The position numbers were made by a program, and so were the translations under genes. DNA of 24,469 nt from a virus. Taxonomy: Duplodnaviria; Caudoviricetes. Below the pieces are notes generated by a model. The model saw nothing but the letters and a program-made list of their open reading frames with translations, was not told the DNA's origin and searched no databases. The DNA is taken from positions 1-24,469 of IMG/VR virus record IMGVR_UViG_3300029318_000096. One strand, written 5' to 3'. This document shows positions 1 to 7,226 of the stretch, in pieces; the stretch's first letter is position 1; each line of letters begins with the position of its first letter.

Positions 1-717
1 GGTGGAAAGTCAGTTGAAGTTCCTATTTATGCAGCAGTATCAGCCGCAGCAGTAAACGAAGCAACAGATTTATCTAACACCGCAATTAATCCAAGTTCTG
101 TGACTATTACGGCATCAGAAGTTGGTGTAATGACAACATTAACTGATCTAGCAAGAAACTCAGCACCAAGAAATGTTGCTGCAGATATTGGTAGATTATT
201 TGGTGAAGCAATAGCTAAGAAAATGGATCAAGATTTAATTGCTCTATTTGATGGCTTTAGCACTGCAGCAGGTACAGATAGTGCAGCATTAACTCCTGCA
301 ACTGTATTCAATGCAGCTTCAACACTAAGAGCAGCAGGTTTACCTGTTGATGAAACATATCTTGTATTGCATCCTAAGGTGGCATATGACCTAAAATCTG
401 GTTTAACAAATACCTTTGCAGGTTTAGACCACGATCTATCTAATGAAGCATTAAGAAATGGCTTTATTGGTCAAATTGCAGGTATCAAAATCTTTGAAAC
501 TGGCAATATGTCAAACACAGGTACTGCAGGTGACTATAAAGGTGGAATGTTCCACAAAGATGCACTTGCTCTAGCTATGATGCAGGACATTAAGATTGAA
601 ACTCAAAGAGATGCTTCTTTAAGAGCAGATGAGATTGTAGCAACCGCAGTTTATGGTGTTGGTGAACTACATGATACATATGGTATTGAAGTTATCGCTG
701 ATTCTTCAATCCAATAA
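1..717 (+). CDS. Major capsid protein (HK97-fold; 5' truncated by window edge)
   Basis: Frame is open from base 1 (GGKSVEVPIY...), so the 100 start in the track is internal. Capsid-like motifs 'LVLHPKVAYDL', 'GFIGQIAGIKIFET', 'IETQRDASLRADEIVATAVYG'. Followed by a terminator and head-tail joining genes. Confidence 0.9.
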   Translation, partial: GGKSVEVPIYAAVSAAAVNEATDLSNTAINPSSVTITASEVGVMTTLTDLARNSAPRNVAADIGRLFGEAIAKKMDQDLIALFDGFSTAAGTDSAALTPATVFNAASTLRAAGLPVDETYLVLHPKVAYDLKSGLTNTFAGLDHDLSNEALRNGFIGQIAGIKIFETGNMSNTGTAGDYKGGMFHKDALALAMMQDIKIETQRDASLRADEIVATAVYGVGELHDTYGIEVIADSSIQ

Positions 718-728
718 TATAAACTATG

Positions 729-753
729 GGTGGGGATATATTCCCCACCTTTT
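729..753 (+). terminator. Intrinsic terminator/attenuator after the capsid gene
   Basis: Perfect 8-bp stem GGTGGGGA (729-736) / TCCCCACC (742-749), loop TATAT, then TTTT (750-753); 12 nt after the capsid stop codon. Confidence 0.75.
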
Positions 754-774
754 ACAATGTATAAAGGAACAATT

Positions 775-951
775 ATGGAATTAATAAAATTAAAAAAAGG
801 TGACAAGATCATCACTAGAACAAGATTTGATTACGAAAAAAATTTAATCCATTGGAAACTTAGAGGCTATGAGCCAGTAAAAGATAAGCCTATTGAAGAT
901 AAGCCTAAAGTTGATAAGGTAGAAAAACTAAAGAAAAAGAAAGATAAATAA
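775..951 (+). CDS. Small basic hypothetical protein (58 aa), head module
   Basis: ATG 775 preceded by AAAGGA; the track's GTG 730 lies inside the terminator stem. Stop overlaps the next ATG (TAATG). Confidence 0.7.
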   Translation: MELIKLKKGDKIITRTRFDYEKNLIHWKLRGYEPVKDKPIEDKPKVDKVEKLKKKKDK

Positions 952-1430
952 TGGCAGCAACATCAGTATTTGTAGTAGGTAGTTCAGATATCACATCTTA
1001 CCAACCAGATATTTTAGAATTTGGGATTGCAAATTTTGATACTCAATTACAATTCGCAGAAGATGATGTTTTAAGACAAATCAGGGAAGAATGGTGGGAA
1101 AGATACCGCCATACAGTCAGATACAAAGATATTACTAAGGTGACTACCTTAGAGATGGATAATAGCAAACTAACTGATGCTCAGTGGAAAAGATCAGTTA
1201 TTTATAAAGCATTAGCAGAATATATTTATCCTCAATTAACGAAATGGAAAGATCCACAAGGCGGAGATGGTCAAGATGCTTTCCAAGTACAAATAGAATT
1301 TTATAGAGCCAAGTATGCAGAGGAATTTAATGCTTGTTTAAGAGATGGTGTTGAATATGACGAAGATGGAGATGCTTCCGTCACTGCATCTGAAAAAGAG
1401 CCAATACATCATCTTAGGTTAGTCAGATAG
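951..1430 (+). CDS. Putative head-tail adaptor/connector protein
   Basis: 159 aa, largely helical-looking, position directly after capsid; assignment by synteny. Confidence 0.6.
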   Translation: MAATSVFVVGSSDITSYQPDILEFGIANFDTQLQFAEDDVLRQIREEWWERYRHTVRYKDITKVTTLEMDNSKLTDAQWKRSVIYKALAEYIYPQLTKWKDPQGGDGQDAFQVQIEFYRAKYAEEFNACLRDGVEYDEDGDASVTASEKEPIHHLRLVR

Positions 1431-1440
1431 GAGGATTGTC

Positions 1441-1479
1441 ATGTGCGATTTTTGTGGCGGTGAATGTATCTGTAGATAA
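1441..1479 (+). CDS. 12-aa cysteine-rich micropeptide MCDFCGGECICR
   Basis: Strong SD AGGAGG (1429-1434) 6 nt before ATG 1441; TAA overlaps the ATG of the next gene at 1479; fills the whole intergenic gap. Confidence 0.55.
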   Translation: MCDFCGGECICR

Positions 1480-1943
1480 TGGTAGCAAATGTTAAAGTAA
1501 AAACTAATGCTAATGAAATCCAAGCAATAGTAAAAAAGATTGAAAAGAGAACTAAGAGTGCAGTCAAAAAAGCACTAGCAAATGCAGCAGCTTTTCAGGT
1601 TGGTGCAATCAAAAAAAGAACTCAAACAAAAGGTGTTGATTTTAAAAATAGACCATTCAAGCCCTATTCTTTAAAATACAAAAGAAGATTAGTGAAACAA
1701 TCAGGAGTTGTTGATCTTACTGATACTGGTCAGATGTTTAGTTCACTAACATTTAGAGCCACTGAAAGCAAAGGCACATTATTTTTTAGACAACAAGCAG
1801 CTAATAGAAAAGCATTTTTCCATGATCAAGCAGGAGCAGGTAGAAAGAAAGTTATTAGACCATTTTTTAGTATTGGTGATGATGAAGAAAAGAAGATTGA
1901 AAAAATCTTTTTTCAAGTGTTAGATAAGGAATTAAGAATATGA
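1479..1943 (+). CDS. Virion morphogenesis / neck (tail completion) protein
   Basis: Basic 154 aa; motifs 'LTDTGQMFSSL', 'A.FHDQ.G', 'RPFFSI' typical of HK97 gp10 / Mu gpG-like proteins. Confidence 0.75.
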   Translation: MVANVKVKTNANEIQAIVKKIEKRTKSAVKKALANAAAFQVGAIKKRTQTKGVDFKNRPFKPYSLKYKRRLVKQSGVVDLTDTGQMFSSLTFRATESKGTLFFRQQAANRKAFFHDQAGAGRKKVIRPFFSIGDDEEKKIEKIFFQVLDKELRI

Positions 1944-2383
1944 GCAAAAGAGAAAACATAGCAGCAAATATTATTACTGCATTAGATGCAGTGACTTCAC
2001 CTATTGAGTTAAAGAAGATTACCAGAGAACCATTTGAGCCATCAGAACTAGCTGATCCTCAGTTCCCTGCATTGTTTATATCTACTGGAGATGAAACGAG
2101 AGAAGATTTTGCTTTAGGTGATACCGCAGCAGGGAAAAGATCAGGATCTATTGACTATGTTTTGGTGGGATATGTCAAAGGCAGTGACAGTAATTTAGAT
2201 ACTAAAAGAAATCAATTAATTGAAGTGATAGAAGAAACATTAGATGCAGATAGAACTAGAGGCGGAAATGCACTAGAAACAAAAGTAATTGATGTAAGTT
2301 CAGATGAGGGAACACTTTATCCTTTGGGCGGAGTAAGAATTGTGGTAAGAGTTTTATATGAATTTGTACGAGGTACTGCTTAA
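1940..2383 (+). CDS. Tail terminator protein
   Basis: 147 aa, starts 'MSKRENI', acidic, 'FPALFI', C-terminal beta strand; sits just before the tail tube gene. Confidence 0.65.
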   Translation: MSKRENIAANIITALDAVTSPIELKKITREPFEPSELADPQFPALFISTGDETREDFALGDTAAGKRSGSIDYVLVGYVKGSDSNLDTKRNQLIEVIEETLDADRTRGGNALETKVIDVSSDEGTLYPLGGVRIVVRVLYEFVRGTA

Positions 2384-2598
2384 TGGCTAAAAGAATTAAA
2401 ATTTGTATGCCTGATGGAAATGATACTATTGAAATTTGGGATAATGAGATAGACAAATTTATAGCTGAAGGATATAAACTTGAGCAAGAAAAAAAATCTA
2501 CTAGATCATCTAAGAAAAAAGATGTAGAAGTAGATGAACAACAACAAATAAACGAAGGAGTAAGCGAATGGCAACCCATGTCGGAACAAGCGGAGTAG
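2383..2598 (+). CDS. Small hypothetical protein
   Basis: 71-aa ORF coupled to the upstream stop (TAATG); overlaps the tail tube start. Confidence 0.6.
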   Translation: MAKRIKICMPDGNDTIEIWDNEIDKFIAEGYKLEQEKKSTRSSKKKDVEVDEQQQINEGVSEWQPMSEQAE

Positions 2599-2957
2599 TC
2601 AAAGTTGGATCAAACGCAGTTGCAGAAGTGACTGGTTTTACTATTGATGAAACAAATGACACAGTTGAAGATACTAACCTTACAGATACTGCTAAGACTT
2701 ATCTAACATTAAGAAAAGATGCTACAGGTACTGTAGAATGTCATTGGGATGAAACAGATACTACTGGTCAAACTGCATTAGCAGTAGGATCATCAGTGAC
2801 TTTAAATCTGTTCCCTGAAGGTGCAGATAGTGGTGACACATACTACACTGGCACTGCATTAGTGACTGGAGTATCTCAGAATGTATCTATGGATGGTGTT
2901 ATTGCTAGAACAATAACAGTGCAGTTCTCAGGCGGTGTAAGCATAACAACTGTATAA
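2568..2957 (+). CDS. Major tail (tube) protein, minimal 129 aa
   Basis: SD AAGGAG; Thr/Gly/Val-rich beta protein with 'YYTGTALVTGVS...VQFSG' tube pattern; precedes chaperone and tape measure genes. Confidence 0.85.
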   Translation: MATHVGTSGVVKVGSNAVAEVTGFTIDETNDTVEDTNLTDTAKTYLTLRKDATGTVECHWDETDTTGQTALAVGSSVTLNLFPEGADSGDTYYTGTALVTGVSQNVSMDGVIARTITVQFSGGVSITTV

Positions 2958-2962
2958 TTTAG

Positions 2963-3307
2963 ATGGCTAAAAAGGATTACCTTGAAGGTGCTATCTCTCA
3001 CTTTAAACACCAAGAGATAAAAATTATAGAAGTTGAAGAATGGAACTTAATTGGCGAAGATGCCATTTATGTTAAACCATTCACACTGCTTGAAAAATCT
3101 GAAATCTTTAAAGGATCAAACGATAATGATCTCACAGTATTAGTTGATGTAATTATCAAGAAGGCAGAAACTAAAGGTGGTGAGAAAATGTTTGATATAG
3201 AGAGTAAGATTAAAATGAAAAAATTTGTTGATCCTGACATCATAGGCAGGGTAGCTAGTCAGATCATGGGTACATTACCTGCTGCTGACACTTTAAAAAA
3301 AAAATAG
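2963..3307 (+). CDS. Tail assembly chaperone (lambda gpG analogue)
   Basis: Between tube and tape measure genes; ends in ACT TTA AAA AAA AAA TAG, a slippery run. Confidence 0.8.
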   Translation: MAKKDYLEGAISHFKHQEIKIIEVEEWNLIGEDAIYVKPFTLLEKSEIFKGSNDNDLTVLVDVIIKKAETKGGEKMFDIESKIKMKKFVDPDIIGRVASQIMGTLPAADTLKKK

Positions 3308-3486
3308 AAACTAACAACGATCTTAGATTTCATTTCTTCCTAGCAGAAAAACTACATAAAACTATTGGCGAAATTATGCAAATGCCAGTAGAAGAATTTG
3401 ATATGTGGGGTGCATATTATTCTCTAAAACATGAAGAAGAACAAAAAGCATTGAATAAACAAAGGATGCAAGGTAAAAGAAGATAA
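3292..3486 (+). CDS. -1 frameshift extension of the tail chaperone (gpGT analogue)
   Basis: T TTA AAA / A AAA AAA slippery site at 3292-3304. The -1 frame reads KIETNNDLRFHFFLAEKLHKTIGEIMQMPVEEFDMWGAYYSLKHEEEQKALNKQRMQGKRR and stops at TAA 3484-3486, overlapping the tape measure ATG. Confidence 0.8.
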   Translation, partial: FKKKIETNNDLRFHFFLAEKLHKTIGEIMQMPVEEFDMWGAYYSLKHEEEQKALNKQRMQGKRR

Positions 3487-5702
3487 TGACTAAAAAACTA
3501 TTTATTGACATTATCGCTAGAGATAAATCAAAACAAGCCCTAACTCGTGTTCAAACAAAATTAGGTGAAGTAAGAAATAGAGTATTTAGTTTAAAATCAG
3601 CATTTATAGGTCTTGGTGCAGGATTAGTTATTAGATCATTTGTTAATGTAGGTAAGGAAGTAGAAAGCCTACAAGTAAGATTTAAGTTTTTATTTGGATC
3701 AGCAGAAGAAGGTGCAGTCGCATTTGATAATCTTGCAAAATTTGCAGGTAAAGTTCCGTTTTCATTAGAAGAAATATCAAGAGCATCAGGAAATCTAGCA
3801 GTAGTTGCTGATGATGCTAATGATCTTAATAGAATATTAGAAATTACTGGTAATGTGGCAGCAGTCACAGGGCTTGATTTTGAAACTACATCTTCACAAA
3901 TTCAAAGAGCCTTTTCAGGTGGTATTGGTGCTGCTGATCTATTTAGAGAAAGAGGTGTTAGAGCCTTATTAGGTTTTAAAGCAGGTGCAAAAGTCACTGC
4001 AGAAGAAACAGTTGCAAGATTTGAAGAACTTTTTAGTGGTAATGGAAGATTTGCAAGTGCAACTGATGATTTAGCCCAAACACTTGAAGGAACTATATCA
4101 ATGATTGGAGATAAATTTTTTAATTTCCAAAAAGATGTAGCACAGGGATTTTTTGATGAACTAAAAGGTGAGTTTGGTGATCTTAACGAATTCTTAGAAG
4201 CAAATGAAGATCAAATAAAAGATATTGCAACAGCTATAGGTGAAAATTTTGCAGGAGCATTAACAAAAGCATCAGCTACAATTAAAGATGTAGCACCTGC
4301 TGTAAAGACTATTTCTGATGCGTTTGGAACTACAATTACAGGATTTACATCACTACCTACATATGTTCAATCATCAGGAATAATCTCAGCATTATTATTT
4401 GGTAAAAAAGGATTTCTTGCATTCAGTGCATTGAGTTTTTTAATGGGACAAATAGAAGAAATAATTGATAAATCAAGTGCAGGTTTAACTAGACCTTTAG
4501 TAGATATGGAGGAAGTAAATAAAGCAAAATCTGACATAGCAGAATTTCAAAAGGAAATGGAAAAAATAGCACCTTCTTTAAAAGAAGCAGGAATAGATTT
4601 AAATAATATCTTAGATTTTACAGTTCGTGCCGATTCTGATTTATTCAAAAAGTTTCCAGAAATAGGTACACAAGTTGAAAGATATAAAACTTTGCTATCT
4701 AAAACTTTAAGGCTACAAGAAAGTTTATTTGTATTTGATCAAGAACAAAATTTAGCTTTTGTGGATTCTATGTCAAAAAGTCTTAATGGATTTAATTCAG
4801 TAATGTCTAAAAGTAAAGATAAATTAGAAGAAGTATTTAAAGGTGGAGAGCAAGATGCAAGAGATTATCTAGCTAGACAAAAAGATTTAATTGAAGCACA
4901 GGAGTTTATGAACAAAAGAACAGAGCAGTTTATAGAATTACAAGCAAGAGTATCTAGCGGTATCGCAAGGTTAAAAGAAGCATATGATCCATATTTAGCA
5001 CAATTAAATGAAGAAAAAGAACAAATAAAATTAATTAATATAGCTAAAATGAATCAGTTAATATCTGATCAAGAATATGAAAGATTAAAAACTGAGATTA
5101 CAAAAAAAGGGGTAGAAGATAGAAAAATATTAAGAGAGCAAGAAGTTAATGAACAATTAAGAATATTTAAATCAGGTAAATTCCAAGAACTAGATTTTAC
5201 TAAATTATCAGAAGAACAGAAAAAAGATTTTACAATAAAAGCAGGTAGGGAAGTTTTAGGAGCATTAGCTAAAAATAATAAAAAAGCATTTGAGTTAAAT
5301 AAAGCACTGGCTACTGCTGAAGCTATTGTCAATACTGCACAAGGTGTCACTAAAGCCTTATCAACTGCTAATTATATTCAAGCCTTCCTAATTGGTGCTA
5401 TGGGTGCAATTCAAATAGCAACCATTCAATCACAACAATATCAAGGCAGGGCTATGGGTGGTAGAGTACAAGCAGGATCAGCTTATATGGTGGGTGAAGG
5501 CGGTAAACCTGAAATGTTCGTACCTGATCAATCAGGAACTATTATTCCAAATTCACAATTAGCTAGACAAACAACAGTGAATGTAAATGTTTATGCTAAT
5601 GACACTGAAGGTTTTGATGATCTATTAGTTAAAAGAAGATCAACTATTATTAATGTTATTAATGATGCACTGAATACACAAGGCAAGGAGGCATTAGTTT
5701 AA
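3486..5702 (+). CDS. Tail tape measure protein (738 aa)
   Basis: N-terminal tape-measure domain ('FAGKVPFSLEEI'), long helical/coiled-coil body, C-terminal 'GRAMGGRV.AG..Y.VGE.G.PEMFVP..SG.IIPN' motif. Confidence 0.92.
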   Translation: MTKKLFIDIIARDKSKQALTRVQTKLGEVRNRVFSLKSAFIGLGAGLVIRSFVNVGKEVESLQVRFKFLFGSAEEGAVAFDNLAKFAGKVPFSLEEISRASGNLAVVADDANDLNRILEITGNVAAVTGLDFETTSSQIQRAFSGGIGAADLFRERGVRALLGFKAGAKVTAEETVARFEELFSGNGRFASATDDLAQTLEGTISMIGDKFFNFQKDVAQGFFDELKGEFGDLNEFLEANEDQIKDIATAIGENFAGALTKASATIKDVAPAVKTISDAFGTTITGFTSLPTYVQSSGIISALLFGKKGFLAFSALSFLMGQIEEIIDKSSAGLTRPLVDMEEVNKAKSDIAEFQKEMEKIAPSLKEAGIDLNNILDFTVRADSDLFKKFPEIGTQVERYKTLLSKTLRLQESLFVFDQEQNLAFVDSMSKSLNGFNSVMSKSKDKLEEVFKGGEQDARDYLARQKDLIEAQEFMNKRTEQFIELQARVSSGIARLKEAYDPYLAQLNEEKEQIKLINIAKMNQLISDQEYERLKTEITKKGVEDRKILREQEVNEQLRIFKSGKFQELDFTKLSEEQKKDFTIKAGREVLGALAKNNKKAFELNKALATAEAIVNTAQGVTKALSTANYIQAFLIGAMGAIQIATIQSQQYQGRAMGGRVQAGSAYMVGEGGKPEMFVPDQSGTIIPNSQLARQTTVNVNVYANDTEGFDDLLVKRRSTIINVINDALNTQGKEALV

Positions 5703-6289
5703 TGAGTGGTACTTATCCAACCTCACCTACATTTAGAGCAATAGGTTTTAGTTCTGAGCAAAAGACAATTACTTCTACTACTGACAGTGGAAAAATGTTT
5801 AGTGTTCAAGTTGATGGTCAAAGATGGAAATTTTCAGCATCTTATCCGCCTATGACCAGAAGCACCTTTGCACCAGTCTATGCTTTCATAATAAAACAGA
5901 GAGGTCAGAAAGAAACATTTACAATAGTTCCTCCAGTAATATCTAATGCTCAAGGTAATGTTTCAGGTACTGTTCTTGTAAATGGTAGTCACACTGCAGG
6001 AGATACAACTATTGCAGTTGATGCTATGACAGGAACTTTAAAAGCAGGTGATTTAATAAAATTTTCACATTCTAAAGTTTATATGGTTGTTTCAGATGTG
6101 ACTGCAGATGGATCAAATGAAGCAACAATTACAATAGAGCCACCATTGAGAGAGGCTTTATCAGATAATAGTTCAGTGACTTATGACAATATTCCTTTTA
6201 CAGTAAGGCTTCAAAATGATGTTCAGCAATTTAAGACTGATGATATTGATAAATATACATTTGAAGTTGATTTTTGTGAGGCTTTATAA
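5702..6289 (+). CDS. Distal tail protein
   Basis: Directly after and coupled to the tape measure gene; beta-rich 195 aa. Confidence 0.7.
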   Translation: MSGTYPTSPTFRAIGFSSEQKTITSTTDSGKMFSVQVDGQRWKFSASYPPMTRSTFAPVYAFIIKQRGQKETFTIVPPVISNAQGNVSGTVLVNGSHTAGDTTIAVDAMTGTLKAGDLIKFSHSKVYMVVSDVTADGSNEATITIEPPLREALSDNSSVTYDNIPFTVRLQNDVQQFKTDDIDKYTFEVDFCEAL

Positions 6290-6834
6290 TGGCTAGAGGA
6301 TTATCTAATGCTCTCAAAACTGAATTAGCAAATCAAAATATCAAGCCTATACTTTTAGTAGAAATATTATTCCCAACACCACAAAGAATTACAAATCACT
6401 ACAAAGACATAACGCACAATTCAAATACTTATTCCGCTAGTGGTCACTTGCTATCTATTACGAATAAAGCAGAAAATGCAGAAATCAATGTTTCTAATTT
6501 TACGATAAATCTTTCAGCAGTTGATAGTGCATTTACATCAATAATTCTGAATAACAATGTAGCTAATGACATAGTGACTATTGATATTGGTTTACTTAAT
6601 AGTACAGATGCTTTGATTGACACTTACAATTATGACAAAGGCTATATAGAAAGTTTTAGAATTGATACAAAACAAGCTACCATATCTTTGATTTGTACTT
6701 CTCATTTTTCAGATTTCAGTAGAATTGCAGGTCGCAAAACTAACGAAGGATCACAACAAAGATTATTTGCTACTGATAGAGGTTTTGAATTTGCAGGTCA
6801 AACTGTTCAAGATATAAAATGGGGAAGGGCTTGA
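6289..6834 (+). CDS. Tail tip / hub protein (gpL / DUF2163-like)
   Basis: C-terminal 'QQRLF..DRGFEF....Q.DIKWG' typical of this minor tail protein family; synteny. Confidence 0.7.
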   Translation: MARGLSNALKTELANQNIKPILLVEILFPTPQRITNHYKDITHNSNTYSASGHLLSITNKAENAEINVSNFTINLSAVDSAFTSIILNNNVANDIVTIDIGLLNSTDALIDTYNYDKGYIESFRIDTKQATISLICTSHFSDFSRIAGRKTNEGSQQRLFATDRGFEFAGQTVQDIKWGRA

Positions 6835-7226
6835 TTGAAGAAGTTATTGACTTCTACAAGACATTTGACGAATACAAAGATAGCTTAGACCAAGAAATTT
6901 ATCAGCATTTAGAGCCATCTTTCAAACTTAATCAATACAAAATATTTAGAGATAATCAAATCACAGGATTTGTAAACTGGGCTTATCTTAATGATCTTAC
7001 TAAAACAAAATTAATTAATCATGGAATAATTGATTACAGTAATTGGAATTGTGGTAATAATCTGTGCTTTGCTGATTTACTTTGTAGAAAAAATATAAGA
7101 GATATGATTAATTGGTGTAAAGAACATTTTGGAAAGCAATTAGGATATGATAAAGAGGTTGTTTGGGTAAAGACTTTTAAAGGAAACAGAACAATAAAGG
7201 TAAATAATAATGTCAAATATTGTTAA
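6819..7226 (+). CDS. HlyC/RtxC-like (toxin-activating) lysine acyltransferase homologue
   Basis: 'PSFKLNQYKIFRDNQITGFVNWAYLN...NWNCGNNLCFAD' matches the remembered HlyC pattern 'PAI..NQY....D..PVAYCSWA.LS...DW.SG.R.WFID'. Confidence 0.7.
   Translation: MGKGLIEEVIDFYKTFDEYKDSLDQEIYQHLEPSFKLNQYKIFRDNQITGFVNWAYLNDLTKTKLINHGIIDYSNWNCGNNLCFADLLCRKNIRDMINWCKEHFGKQLGYDKEVVWVKTFKGNRTIKVNNNVKYC

Noticed and set aside
3307-3486. Non-coding gap or pseudogene before the tape measure gene
   Set aside because: Fully explained by the -1 frameshift extension.
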